From Salisapilia sapeloensis CBS 127946 (lineage: Eukaryota > Protista > Oomycota): a DNA stretch of 64,000 bases. The position numbers and the translations under genes were made by a program. The notes under the pieces are model-generated. The model searched no databases and was not told the origin of the DNA. It saw nothing but the letters and a program-made list of their open reading frames with translations. The stretch lies in assembly GCA_023334545.1 (NCBI GenBank), contig JAADVB010000036.1, positions 40,442-104,441 on the forward strand, written 5' to 3'. Below, in pieces: positions 35,303-47,166 of this stretch (position 1 is its first letter; each line of letters opens with the position of its first letter).

Positions 35303-37882
35303 TCAGTTCACCGTCGACTCAGAATCGATGGACGGAAGTCCCAGCGACCGTTGAAGCATGTTCAGATCGAGAGACGTTCCGCTTTGAAGAATACACCTCA
35401 ATGCATATTGAACGCATACTCCTGTTGGTCGTTTCGACGGGTCCAGATCGAGACACGCGACTCCGAGTAAACGGATAGACGCTGGACATGAGCTCGAGAA
35501 GGATGGTCTGACCGTACCATTGGCAATATTGGACGACAATGACATCATATTGGATTGCTTTCCGTCGGAAGGAACGACATCTGCGTATGGAAGCATGTGT
35601 GTATCTAACTCGATAAGGATTGCGCCAAAAGAATAGATGTCACTGCTTTCATCGTACTCATGCTCTTCACGCAGGATTTCAGGCGCTAGCCAGCGGATGG
35701 TACCCACACCTTTGGTCGTTAGAGTGCGATCCATGTTCAACGTCCTCGCAGTTCCAAAGTCGCCGATCTTGGCGACCATATCCTCCGATAGCAACACATT
35801 GCGCGACTTGAGGTCTCGGTGTATGTAAGCTGGTGAAAACGAGTGCAAATAGACCAACGCGTCAGCTACATCGATCGCAATTTGCATCTTCTCTTCGTCC
35901 CAATGACGATCAACCCTTCCATCCTTCAAGTATGAGCGTAAATCTCCTCTTTCCATGTATTCGTACACAGCCTGAAAGTCTGTTTTCTTGGTAAAAGCTA
36001 CTCCGACAAACATCAGAATATGCGGATGCTCAAGTGCCGCCGAGAGTTTGGTTTCATTGATAAAGTTTTCGATGGCTTCGATGTCAGCTTTGCTTTTAAT
36101 TAGTCGCTTCGATGCGAGCTGTTCTCCAAAGTACTGGACGAGCCAGACTTCACCAAAGGCACCGACACCCAGTCTTCGTATTGGATGAATTTTGTCCGGG
36201 CGCAGCTCATTAGCTCGCAATGTGCTGTCCTTCCAGATAGAACTCATCATTTCATAGTGCTGGCCGTAAGGAGTGGTTGGTTCATCTCCTTTTCTTCTTC
36301 TCGAAGGTGTCTGTGAGTGGCTATAAGTACCAAGACTTCCGCTCGGTGGGATGTCTTTCTGATTTCGACATCTTCGATGTAGCATGTACCCTGCAACTGC
36401 GAGAATGACGACGACGGGGATAACGACATATAAAGGTACTAAGGAAGAGGAGTCGAAGCTCTTTCCGCCAGAACTCGACGAAGTGTCATTCCCAGCAACG
36501 CAGACATTAAAACTTGTGTGAGGAACGAACTCAATACTGCCATTTTGGCATTTGCCATCACCAAGTGAAAAATCAGTTGCGGGGATTAGTGAGCCGTTGA
36601 GAACGTCAAATAATGCTTTCGAGACATTCCTGTCGCTAATTGGGTTTTCGTTAACATCCCTAAATGCAAATTATTCATGTTAAATATTAGTACAGTTTAA
36701 CATGATTGTGTGAAAAGATATAAAAAATACAAAGTTTGTAGATCGTAGAGATGCTCCAAGTTTGACGGTATCAATTCGAGGTGATTATGACTTAGATTCC
36801 TACAAACCAATATGAGTCGTAATATTCACGCTCAATCACTATTATAAAGTGTAGAATACTTACAACAATTTCAGTGGTGGCAAGCTTCCTTCAAAGCTGG
36901 TCAGATTATTGCTGGATAAATCCCTAACACGTTTGGGTGAACCCTCTGAGTTAACATTGTGATAGTCGAGCAAATAAGATACGTACAATTCCACGATGCT
37001 TGGTGGTATAACGTTAGTAGGAATCATTTGAATAGAATTATGGTCCAGAGAGCTGAGTCAATGACATTAAAGTTAGCAACATATCCATCTATGAAATTGA
37101 ATCCAATCTAGTGTATAAGCTACGTACAGCGTTTCCAGCGCAGAAAGTCTTGAGAGTTTTTCTGGTATTGAATTAATTTTGGAAGCCGACGCCGTGAGAG
37201 ACAGCATCTCTTCGGGAAGGTTTTCGAGTACATCCTCAAAATTAAAGTCGATACCATGGACACTTAGCCGCCGAAGGTTTTTGGCGCTTTCGAACATGTG
37301 GGCCGTAAAGTTTCTTTCCGAGAGGTTCATGCTGTAGACTCCGTCATGAGAACTTTCTATAATTTTCCTGTGATCAACTCGGTGTCAGGTTCTTATTGAT
37401 GATCCGTACAAAGGTTTTGTAATGAGTAAAGCTTTGGTTCGAGCGAGTACTTACCAGTTCGTCACGTTGTCAGGAAATGTAAGATTTATAATATTTACAG
37501 ACGACGGAATATTTGAGTAAATCATATCACTAGTTGAACTGGAGACGAATCGGAACACCTTGTACTCTTCGTCATCTGCACCGATTTCAGTCTCAGAGAA
37601 CGGGTCGTAGCATTCGTATAGGCATTCAGAGATACTGTCTGTCTTATCGCATTCGCTTTTGATGATCGTAGTTCCAGATCCAGTCGTCCAATTAGTTTGA
37701 TCGTAGATCCGCATTTCACACAGATCATAATCATCGAACGAGTAGATAACGCAGGCGACATCACATTCACCGTCGCAGTCTGACATGAGAACATTTTCAA
37801 GCTTGTTACACTCTGCTTTGGCGAATGTGACCATGATATGCATCATCCAGAAGGACGCAACCAGTAACTTTAGTATTGTCAT
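35303..37882 (-). CDS. LRR receptor-like kinase (TKL family), intron-rich
   Basis: Signal peptide (ATG 37882), Cys-rich N-terminus, several short LRR exons, TM LYVVIPVVVILAVAG, and kinase LGVGAFGEV, HRDLKSRNVLL, DFG, GTIRWLAPE. Confidence 0.9.
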
Positions 37883-39282
37883 TGATGTGCTGTAGGTCTC
37901 AGTCTTGGAGCGGAAATGGCGAAATGATCCTCTCGTTTGAGGCCGGGGTCGAGACACCCAGTAATGAGTGGGACATCGAGTACCTCGCGTCAGTCTCAGT
38001 GACTTGACATCTAGTAGGTACACGTGATTGCTGCTCAGTTCCGACGACTTGTTTCTGTGCCAAAGAGACTTTACGACATACGCACGCACAGGTATAGAGC
38101 AATTGCATAGCTAGTTTTGACAACGGAAGTGCTTAAAGAGGTCTTCGAAATCGACCATGCCGGGCAACTCGTCGAGTGCACACAGTCTCATTTGCTGTAA
38201 AGCTCAAGGCGACACTTCCATGTGGTATGCAGAATCGCGGAAACTTTGTCTGTATTCAGCGAAATATGCACTAGGATTGTTATCTATCCAAGTTTCAGGT
38301 GATTTTCGAAGCCCTTGTTCGCCGAAAGCTGCTCGTGCTTCATCACCTTGCCATAAATCGACATGTAATTGAATGCAACTCGTTCCAGAGCTCTAGCGAT
38401 CATCCACAGCAGCAGGCCGATAAGATCTCGGCTGACTGTAAGCCAATTATGCTTCGTTCAGTTTCAGCTAGGTAATCTAGGTCGGGCATGAACGATCGTG
38501 GATCCTCCCGTGAAAACGTCCCCCTTCTGAAAAAGTAGAAATATTCGGTAACCTGGTGCAATCAGTTGGTGGATTGTCTGCGCTAGTTGATACTTTCCGT
38601 GACAGAAGGGATCCACACGACGGTGCAGTCATCCAGGCCACTTGTATATGCTCATGCTGAATAATGGATACGTATATAGCCTGATCTTTAGTTTCCGATT
38701 AAAATATCCCACCCAAGCTTCAAGTACAATGCCTTCACGCTTAGTTAAAGAGACGACTATAGTCCACGTATTTAACCGGCGCTGATGTACACATTCCGTG
38801 GTTCGCGTTAGTCATCAACGGAAACACCGGATCTTAGTAGCACTTGACAAGAAGTAGTAACATCGAGAACTACAACTCGAACTAAGATACGTGCGAACTC
38901 TTCTAGATATTATCTTGGCCTTTCTTCATCTCCGGCAATTAAATAGATCCAATCTTGCCTCTTGCATTCCATTTTTCGCTATCAATCCTTGCTCGCGACA
39001 CCGCACCATCCAAATTAAAAGATAAAAATAGTACAGAAAGACAAACATGGAAACCTGGAAACCACCACTGCTGATCGGCAAGTTTCCAAAGCGCAAACGG
39101 TGGTAACACAGTTGGTATCAGTAGGATATCTCAGTCTCCGAAGCGAATATGCACATGACAAAAAACAAGAAAGCATGGTATCAGACCATTTCCATTCGAA
39201 TTTGAAAACTCCCATTCTCCTTCATCTTCTCGTGGTTTCCGATGCGCCGATAGAAGCCACATCCCAGGCACTTACCAAGAGC

Positions 39283-40943
39283 TCACGCGTACGATGCATG
39301 ACGCTTGGTCACGTTCATCAATAGCTGTCCTTTCACGGGAAGCGTGATGGACGAATCGTACGTGACCTCTTGACCAGCCACGAGCGATAGATCGAAACTA
39401 CTCAACAAGCTCGCTGCAGCAATCTTGAGCTCCATCAACGCGAGGTTCATCCCAATACACCGACGAGGCCCAGCATGGAACGAGTTAAACTTGAACTCGG
39501 AGTATGCGATCAGTTTGCCCTCTTCATCGATGAATCGTTCCGGTTTAAATTCCTTCGCGTCCTCTCCCCATACGCTTCTATTGCGAGCAAGCGCGTAGGC
39601 TGGAATATAGACGTCTGTGCCTTTCTTGATGAAGGTGTTGTCGCACAGAAGCACATCACGGTTTGCTTGTCGGATGTTTCTCGGAACTGGTGGGTGCAGT
39701 CGTAGAGACTCTCGAATCGTTGCCTCCAAGTACGTTAGTCGCTCGCACTGCTCTTTCGTCGGCGAGTCAATTTCGCCACGCATGAGTTCAGGAATATGGG
39801 TTTCCATCTCTTGGCGGATCTTAGCTACAACATCCGGATGGACGTGTAGATTATAGAAGAGCCACGCGAGTGATTGAGCTGTCGTGTCTCTCCCAGCGAT
39901 CATGAAGTTCACCACGATATCGCGTAGGAAGTTGGGGTCAACTGACGAAGCACCGTTCTCATGTTCCTCATCCATTCCATCGAGGAAGAGTGCCACGAGA
40001 TTCTTCGTTTTACCATTCTTAGACTTGTATCCCTTACGCTTGTCCTCCAGAGCTTGCGAGATAATGTCCAGCACCGTCTTGTTCATAGTCTCCACATTGC
40101 GCATAATCTCTCCCTCTGTACCAACACGGAAGAAACGCATAGGTTTCCAGATCCAAGACGGATAGACAAAACGCAAGGTCGAAAGACGTTGACTCGAGTC
40201 AAAAGCATACTCAAATGGATGAGGTTCCTCCATCTCCAGACTATTTAGCTCAGCACCAAAGCCAATCTCGGCAAACGCTTCCATTGTAAACTTGCCAAAG
40301 ATTCGAGACAAGTCAATGGGTTTCCGTTCGTCGGCATGCTTCTGGAGAATCTTTTTCAGCACTACGATATGCTTCTGGATCGAAATCGCCATCGAGTCTC
40401 GTAGAGATCGCGCAGTAAACAGTCGACTAGCGACCTTACGCTGGTGCTTCCACATGTCACCATCCACAGCAAAGATTCCATTTTGCAGTACATCCCAGAG
40501 TCGGTCATGAAGGTCTTCACCCTAGAGATAGCAACCCGTCAGACGATTTCTTTAGCTATATGCATCATAAAGCTCTGGTATTAAAAAGGAGAATATACCT
40601 TGTCGAACGCTTCGAACTGCGTCGACAGCACGTCTTCGACTATCTCTGGTGTCGTGGCCACGACTTCGTGTTTCATCCCCATAAACTGGTAGTAGAATGG
40701 CTTGAAACCATTCGCTTCAAAGATCTTAATATCTCGATCATGTCGGACGCTAAAGTTGCGCAGCATGGTGAAAGCATGATGGAAGAACGGAAGGTCGTAC
40801 GGAGCACTCAGAGGAGGCGTGCCTCTCTTTTCCAATTCCGATCGTGTAGCATACTTGTAGCTAGTAGACAGACCGTACAAGACGATAGCTCCACTGATAG
40901 CTGCCGTCCAATTCGATTTGCACAATTGATCAATGTCGAGCAT
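39283..40943 (-). CDS. Cytochrome P450, CYP86-clan-like, paralog 2
   Basis: Same motifs as paralog 1. Intron 40522..40598 at the same position (FDK|GED). ATG at 40943. Confidence 0.95.
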
Positions 40944-40957
40944 CTCGGCGGTGCGTA

Positions 40958-40973
40958 GCAAATAGTCAACTGA
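40958..40973 (-). promoter_or_regulatory. Inr+FPR-like core promoter of P450 paralog 2
   Basis: Minus strand reads TCAGTTGACTATTTGC, at the same distance from the ATG as the element in paralog 1. Confidence 0.65.
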
Positions 40974-41364
40974 CCAAGGAACTGATCTCGTCAGGAGATT
41001 CGGTTGCCCATCCACTCCACCTCAACAAGATGTCCTTCTACAATACCCATAAAAAGTCCATTCACACAAAATACATCAAGTAGAAACCTTCCAGGAGGGA
41101 AGTGGAGGTACTTGTCTGAATGTATCCATCACTTCAAGTTGTCACATTGTAACCCAGCTTCATCCTCTCACTTCAAGTATACTATACTCACTTCAAATAT
41201 AACTCGACATCTTTTCAAGATCTCACGTCAAACGCACGTCAGGCCCGATCTCGGGCATCTCTTCTCCGAGACGCAAGTAGTATAGAGGACATGACGGCCT
41301 CTTCCCCCTCATCATATCCATCTTCGACACCAGAATCCGATCCTACTCGGCAGCCACAGTTCCC

Positions 41365-43641
41365 ATGCTCCGAACAGCCTTCCGCCGACCCGTCACGTCC
41401 TACTTGCGTCATCGTATGCCATTTCTTCCTACTTGTTATGATACATCTAATCCTCGAGTAGACACAAGTCGTACGCTCTCGACCAAGTTCCAAGGCGAGA
41501 TCTTATCCGTGAACACGAATGACGATGGCGTCGCGATCGTACGCATGGATGACAAGTCGTCGAAAGTGAATACACTATCAGCCAAGCTCCAGACCGAGTT
41601 CGCTTCGCTCCTCGAGACAGTCGAGAACGACGCCAAGATCAAGTCCGTCGTACTCTTGTCATCCAAGCCTGGATGCTTCATCGCTGGAGCTGATATCACG
41701 CAGCTTCAAGCCTGTAGCACTGCTGAAGAGCTCTCGAAGCTCTCATCCGATGGACAAAAGCTCCTAGGTCGAGTAGCTGACTCCAAGAAACCCTTCGTAG
41801 CTGCCATTGACGGCTCTTGTCTCGGAGGAGGGCTCGAAGTAGCGCTCGCATGCCACTACCGTATCGCGACGCCAGGCAAGAAGACGCAGATGGGGTTACC
41901 AGAAGTCCAGCTAGGCCTCTTACCTGGTGCTGGAGGTACTCAGCGTCTGCCGCAGCTCGTTGGTCTCCAGAAGAGTCTCGAGCTCATGCTCACGGGGAAG
42001 AACGTGACGGCGGATCGTGCCAAGAAGATGGGACTCGTCCACCAAGTCGCTGATAAGTACGCTCTGGAAGACGCTGCCATCTCCACCGCACAGCAGCTAG
42101 GTGCAGGCACGATGTCTGCTTCGAAGAAGAAGAAGAGTCTCATGAACCGAGCGCTAGAGGATACTCCGATGCGTCAGATCGTCTTCAAAAAGGCTGGTGA
42201 GACCGTGGACAAGCAGACGGGAGGACACTACCCTGCTCCCCCCAAGATCCTCGAAGTCGTACGAATTGGCGCAGAGGAAGGCATGGCCAAAGGTCTGGAA
42301 GCTGAGTCGAAACACTTTGGAGAGCTAGGCATGACGAGTGTCTCGAAGGCTTGCATGAGTATCTTCTTTGGCCAGACGGACCTCAAGAAAAACCGCTTTG
42401 GGAAGCCCACGGAGCCTGTCAAGACCATGGCAGTCCTCGGTGCTGGTCTCATGGGCGCTGGCATCGGACAAGTGTCTGCTGCCAAGGACCTTCGAGTCCT
42501 TCTGAAGGATCGTGACGCAGCTGCTGCGGCTAGAGGGGAGGACTATGTTCGTCAGAACCTCGAGAAGAAGGTCAAACGCAAGCGCATGACGACGTTCGAG
42601 CGTGATCAGGTCATGTCTCGTGTCTTGCCGCTGTCGGATGAAGACGAGGTGTGGAAGACGCACATGAAGGACGCAGACCTGGTCATCGAAGCCGTCTTTG
42701 AAGACATGTCGCTCAAGCACAAGGTCATCAAGGACTTGGAGCAATACACGTCCAAGGACTGCATCATCGCGACAAACACGTCTGCCTTGTCGGTCGCAGA
42801 GATCGCCAAGGCGTCTTCCCGTCCAGAGAACGTCTTGGGCATGCACTACTTCTCCCCCGTCCCGAGCATGCCGCTGCTCGAGATCATCCGACATGAAGGC
42901 ACGTCTGATGCTGCCATGGCCAAAGCCGTGGACGTCGGCTTGCGGCAGGGGAAGACGCCCATCGTCGTCAAGGACGTCGCTGGCTTCTACGTCAACCGCT
43001 GTCTTGGTCCATACCTGGCTGAAACCTTGTCTCTCATCGAAAGCGGCGTGTCTCCTGAACACTTGGATAAGCTCATGAAGAAGTGGGGCCTCCCCGTTGG
43101 TCCCATCACGCTCGCAGATGAAGTCGGCGTAGATGTGGCGGCGCATGTAAACCATACTTTAGCAGAAGCTCTCGGTGTTCGTATGAAGGGAGGTGATCCG
43201 AAGATCTTTGACGACATGATCAGCAAGGGATTCCTCGGGAAGAAGTCTGGCAAGGGGTTCTTCACGCAGCCCAAGGGTAAGAAGGATAAGAAGAGTATCA
43301 ACCAAGAAGCCATGGATATTGTCAAGGGATATCAGAAGACGGATCTGCAACTATCGGACGAAGAAGTCGTCAACCGTCTCGTCTCGCGCTTTGTGAATGA
43401 AGCCGTCTTGTGCGTCCAAGACGAGATCATCGCATCGCCGACGGAAGCCGATATCGGTGCTGTCTTTGGCATCGGCTTCCCGCCGTTCATTGGAGGTCCA
43501 TGCCGCTACGTGGATAACATGGGCAGCAAGAAGCTTAACGACATGATGCTCACGTTTGCTGACAAATACGGTGAACAATTCACGCCGGCACCGTTGCTCC
43601 AGGATATGGCCAAGACGAACAAGAAGTTCCATGAAAAGTAG
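41365..43641 (+). CDS. HADHA: Mitochondrial trifunctional enzyme alpha subunit (enoyl-CoA hydratase/3-hydroxyacyl-CoA dehydrogenase)
   Basis: FIAGADI, CLGGGLEVALACHYR, PEVQLGLLPGAGGTQRL, VLGAGLMGAGI, EAVFED, TNTS and GMHYFSP motifs. Probable 48-nt in-frame intron 41414..41461. Confidence 0.96.
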   Translation: MLRTAFRRPVTSYLRHRMPFLPTCYDTSNPRVDTSRTLSTKFQGEILSVNTNDDGVAIVRMDDKSSKVNTLSAKLQTEFASLLETVENDAKIKSVVLLSSKPGCFIAGADITQLQACSTAEELSKLSSDGQKLLGRVADSKKPFVAAIDGSCLGGGLEVALACHYRIATPGKKTQMGLPEVQLGLLPGAGGTQRLPQLVGLQKSLELMLTGKNVTADRAKKMGLVHQVADKYALEDAAISTAQQLGAGTMSASKKKKSLMNRALEDTPMRQIVFKKAGETVDKQTGGHYPAPPKILEVVRIGAEEGMAKGLEAESKHFGELGMTSVSKACMSIFFGQTDLKKNRFGKPTEPVKTMAVLGAGLMGAGIGQVSAAKDLRVLLKDRDAAAAARGEDYVRQNLEKKVKRKRMTTFERDQVMSRVLPLSDEDEVWKTHMKDADLVIEAVFEDMSLKHKVIKDLEQYTSKDCIIATNTSALSVAEIAKASSRPENVLGMHYFSPVPSMPLLEIIRHEGTSDAAMAKAVDVGLRQGKTPIVVKDVAGFYVNRCLGPYLAETLSLIESGVSPEHLDKLMKKWGLPVGPITLADEVGVDVAAHVNHTLAEALGVRMKGGDPKIFDDMISKGFLGKKSGKGFFTQPKGKKDKKSINQEAMDIVKGYQKTDLQLSDEEVVNRLVSRFVNEAVLCVQDEIIASPTEADIGAVFGIGFPPFIGGPCRYVDNMGSKKLNDMMLTFADKYGEQFTPAPLLQDMAKTNKKFHEK

Positions 43642-43698
43642 AACGAGATGAAGCACTAGTAACGATCTGAATGCAACCTTTCCTTTATTACGTTCTAC

Positions 43699-44927
43699 TT
43701 AGCCTTCCATACGGCGCTTGATCGCTCGTTCCTTGGCTGCGGCCTGCTGACGTATCTCGTCTGAACGACTGAACGCATCCTGAAGCTCTGGGGTCTGTCT
43801 TTATGTTAGCAGAGAAGAGAGGAAGAGCAAGGTGGAGGATACCATCGTGTCACGACTAGTAGGTCGAAGTAGGTCGCGCTTCATGCGCTGGGCGAGAGCG
43901 ATGCCGAGTGCAGCGCGACGAGAGTCGTCTTCGGACTTGCCATCCGCCTTCTCCGTGTCTTCCAGCTTGCGTACTAGTTGCTCTGGCTGTAGGTGGAGAG
44001 AGTTAGCTGCATGATAGGATGATGGAAGAGGTACGTACTGGCTCCGTCGGTGACTCCTTTTGCTCTTGCTGGTACGTCTTGAGTTCCTTTTCACGCTCTT
44101 GACGACGCTTTTGGATCAAGAGCTCTCGTTGACGACGAAGGTACTGCTCACGCTCTTTCATCTCTTCTTCCGACACTTCCATCTAATGGACGTAGTACTC
44201 ATCAACCATGGCGCTAGGCATGACTAGAAGCGTATAAACTACCTGTACGGAGCTCTGTTTCTCAGCGTTCTCCTTGAGCAAGTCTCTACTCTTGTTGAAA
44301 GCATCTACCGACGCGATCTCACCTTTCGCTTCGCCACGCTTCCCGTCCCTATCATCACCGTTCTGCAAAGCTAATGCTAACGCAATGTCAGCCTCTACCT
44401 TGGCTAATTCCGCTGACTCTTGCTTGTACACGAGCATGAGGTCTAGCATATTATCGTCCGTCATGAACTGATGGAAATCGTCGCCAGATTCCCGTAGTGC
44501 CTCCAGGGTTTCCACTTCCAGCTCGACGTTCCGCTTCACCATGAGTTTCTTGAAAGCGATAAAGTCACTGATCGCAATCAGTTCATGCAGTGCCGACTCG
44601 TACGCATCGGAAGTATGGCGATGGTACGTTGCGATCGTGACAAAGTCCTCGCCAGTGATACCAAGCTCTGCCAAGTTGGTCATCAACAAGTCTTCCGCTA
44701 CACCATCACATGAGCAGACAGTAAACAGTAGGAAGAGCCTCTACTCTACCTAACTCTCGATACTGCTGATGCAAGTCTGAATAGATCAATTTATTCTCTT
44801 CCTCCGTGCCAAAGACAGCACAGTACTCGTCAATAAACGATGCCATCGGAGCTTCCCACTCTGGTGACGTCAGGAACTCGACGATAAAGTCGAGTACCCA
44901 TTCACTTTCTTCTCCCGTCAGATCCAT
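43699..44927 (-). CDS. CFAP36: Cilia/flagella-associated protein 36 (BART/ARL2BP domain), multi-exon
   Basis: EWVLDFIVEFLTSPEWEAPMASFIDEYC...EENKLIYSDLHQQY and DFIAFKKLMVKRNVELE are typical of CFAP36. Last exon ends ...RRMEG*. Confidence 0.85.
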
Positions 44928-45003
44928 TCCTACTGATTGCCTAGTCGGTTGTAAAGCCTTCAAGATGACAAGAAAGTGAAACGAATGCAAGATCGAAACG
45001 CCC

Positions 45004-45479
45004 ATGGCGCATCCATCTCCATCACCAGTTCCTCTAACTTCAAAAATCGGACCAAACGCCATCACTAGAAGCAGATACATGCAGGAGAGCTCTACCGTCA
45101 AGACGTTCATCCAGCACTTGGACCACGTACCCACACACCTTCGCTCTTGGGTCCAGGTACGACCATCTCTCCACATCCACCCAATCTTCCTCATAAACAC
45201 CACAAACAGGGTATCGTGACATCCGTCCACACGAGCGGCGAAGAGTGCGTCCTGGACGATGGCACGGGAGAGCTCACGGTCAACCTAAAGATTGTGCACT
45301 CTAACCTACCACCAGGGTCTGCCGTCGCACCTCGTGTCGGCACGTACGTCATGGCTGTGGGCGTCGTGCAGTCCTACTTTCTCGCGGCCCACCAACTCAT
45401 TCGTCTCGACGGCAACGACCGAGAAGCATGTTGGATGCTCGAAGTACTCGAGTATCATCAACTCCAATCCTCTTCCTAA
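45004..45479 (+). CDS. RMI2: RecQ-mediated genome instability protein 2 (OB fold)
   Basis: WVQ|GIV...LDDGTG...GTYVMAVGVV...EACWMLEV. Intron 45157..45210. ATG at 45004 or 45079. Confidence 0.75.
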
Positions 45480-45536
45480 CTAGTAACAAAAGACACGGTT
45501 TGGGCATGCCAAAGGATGTATTCAAGCAGATCAAGT

Positions 45537-46880
45537 CTAGTCCTGCTTCTTCTGCGCCTCCTGGTACGCAGCAACGTTGTCGTCGCCAAGGCAATAGTCC
45601 AGCAACGCCACCAAGAGCGCCACGAACACGGCTACCAAGAGAATACCCGCCAACACCGCCATAATCGTGTGCTCTGCCGCCCATTCCTACATACCACCAA
45701 CGCTTTAGCACCTTGTATCCCATACACGTAATAAGAGAACGATCTACCAGTCCGACGTCGACAATCTTGGAGAGGAACGAAGCGTCTGGGATCGATCCCT
45801 TGGACTCGACTTGCTTAAAGCCTCCTGTTGCAAAGTCTTCCAGAGCCTTGAGACCACGGCTGCCTTCGTACTTGTACATCTCTCCCTTGTGCACGAGGAA
45901 GAGCGTCGGGTACGACGACACGCCGAAGCGAGAGCAAATGGACCTGTTGCTCGTGCAGTCCACCTTGCCTACCTTGACGTCGCTCTTTTTCAACGCTGCA
46001 CTCAGCTTATCCCACGTCGGAGCCTGTAGGAACACTAGTCAGTACAAGTAAGAAATGGTAGACACAAGAGGACGTACGAGGCGCTTGCAGTGGCCGCACC
46101 AAGGCGCGTAGAACTTGAGGAACCACGTCTGGTCGCTGTCCTTGACTAGATCGTCAAAGGTCGATGACCCGATGTGCACCACTTGACTGTTGCGCTCTGC
46201 TTCGGCACGTTCCTCCTGCGCAGCCTTCTTCCTCGCAGCTACATGTACCTCGTTAGTATGGTTTATAGCATTCCTGTCGCTCGATCGTACCAAGTTCCTT
46301 GGCCGAAATCACTTCGTTCGATGGCGCAGTCTAATAGCATTCTCATTAGCTTTTTCGTATCGACAGTAGCACGCAGGAGGATGTACCTTGTATCCTTGAA
46401 CAGCAAAGTCCACGAGATCTTCCGCCTGACGCTTGCCACTGAAGGCATAGTGTCTGTCACCTTCGATCAGCTTAATTGTCGGGTATGACTGCACACCGAA
46501 GCGTTCGCAGACGTTCTGCTCTGCCGTGCAGTCGACACGTGCGACGTTCACGCCAGCTTCCTACACACCACACCTTTAGCTTGTGCATTTACAAATAGGC
46601 AAAGAGTAGCACGCACTTGGATCTTGCTGTCTTTCGGTAATTCGCTAAAGACAGGAGCAAGCTTCTTGCAGTGACCACACCAAGGCGCGTAGAATTTTAC
46701 AAGCCACGCACCATCCTGTGTTTTTGCATCGAAATTAGCATTCGTGAGCTCTTTGAGCACCTCGTCTGCTGCCACGAAAGATGTCTAGGATATGTATAAG
46801 CTACAGAACTAGTCTATTCGTATAAAGAGAGCATCTACAGCCGTGAAGACGGTCGCGATGAAGAGGAATAAAGAGCGCAT
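45537..46880 (-). CDS. ER membrane protein-disulfide isomerase with two thioredoxin domains
   Basis: Signal peptide, two FYAPWCGHC active sites, C-terminal TM helix, and KKQD* dilysine ER-retrieval signal. About five introns. Confidence 0.9.
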
Positions 46881-46947
46881 CTTCGGATTTATTTCTCTCC
46901 TTCGATTGTCACGAAGAAGGTTGATCGAAGGGTTGAAGGATTTCATA

Positions 46948-46984
46948 AACCCTATACCCTTCAATCCATAGGGTTTAAACCCTA
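46948..46984. repeat. Three telomere-repeat-like AAACCCTA units including a perfect 16-bp palindrome
   Basis: AAACCCTA at 46948, and TAGGGTTTAAACCCTA at 46969..46984. Confidence 0.7.
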
Positions 46985-47166
46985 GAACTGGACGATTTTT
47001 ATTAGTGTCGTACAAGTTGTTGATGAAGTCATTGTACAGTCTACATGAATCTATGTGAAATGTTGTACTTATGTAGCTTATATTGGATCGATAGATCGGA
47101 GTGGTAGTGATATTCGCGGTGATCTCTACTTGGAGGTTCACACAGAAAATGTATGTAGGTTATAAA

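Noticed and set aside
42325-43155. 276-aa antisense ORF within HADHA (also the antisense ORFs in BMS1 and the elicitin gene)
   Set aside because: Same shadow-frame effect in codon-biased genes.
46809-47141. 110-aa minus-strand ORF overlapping the PDI start
   Set aside because: Only the last ~20 codons are the real signal-peptide exon; the rest is AT-rich promoter DNA.
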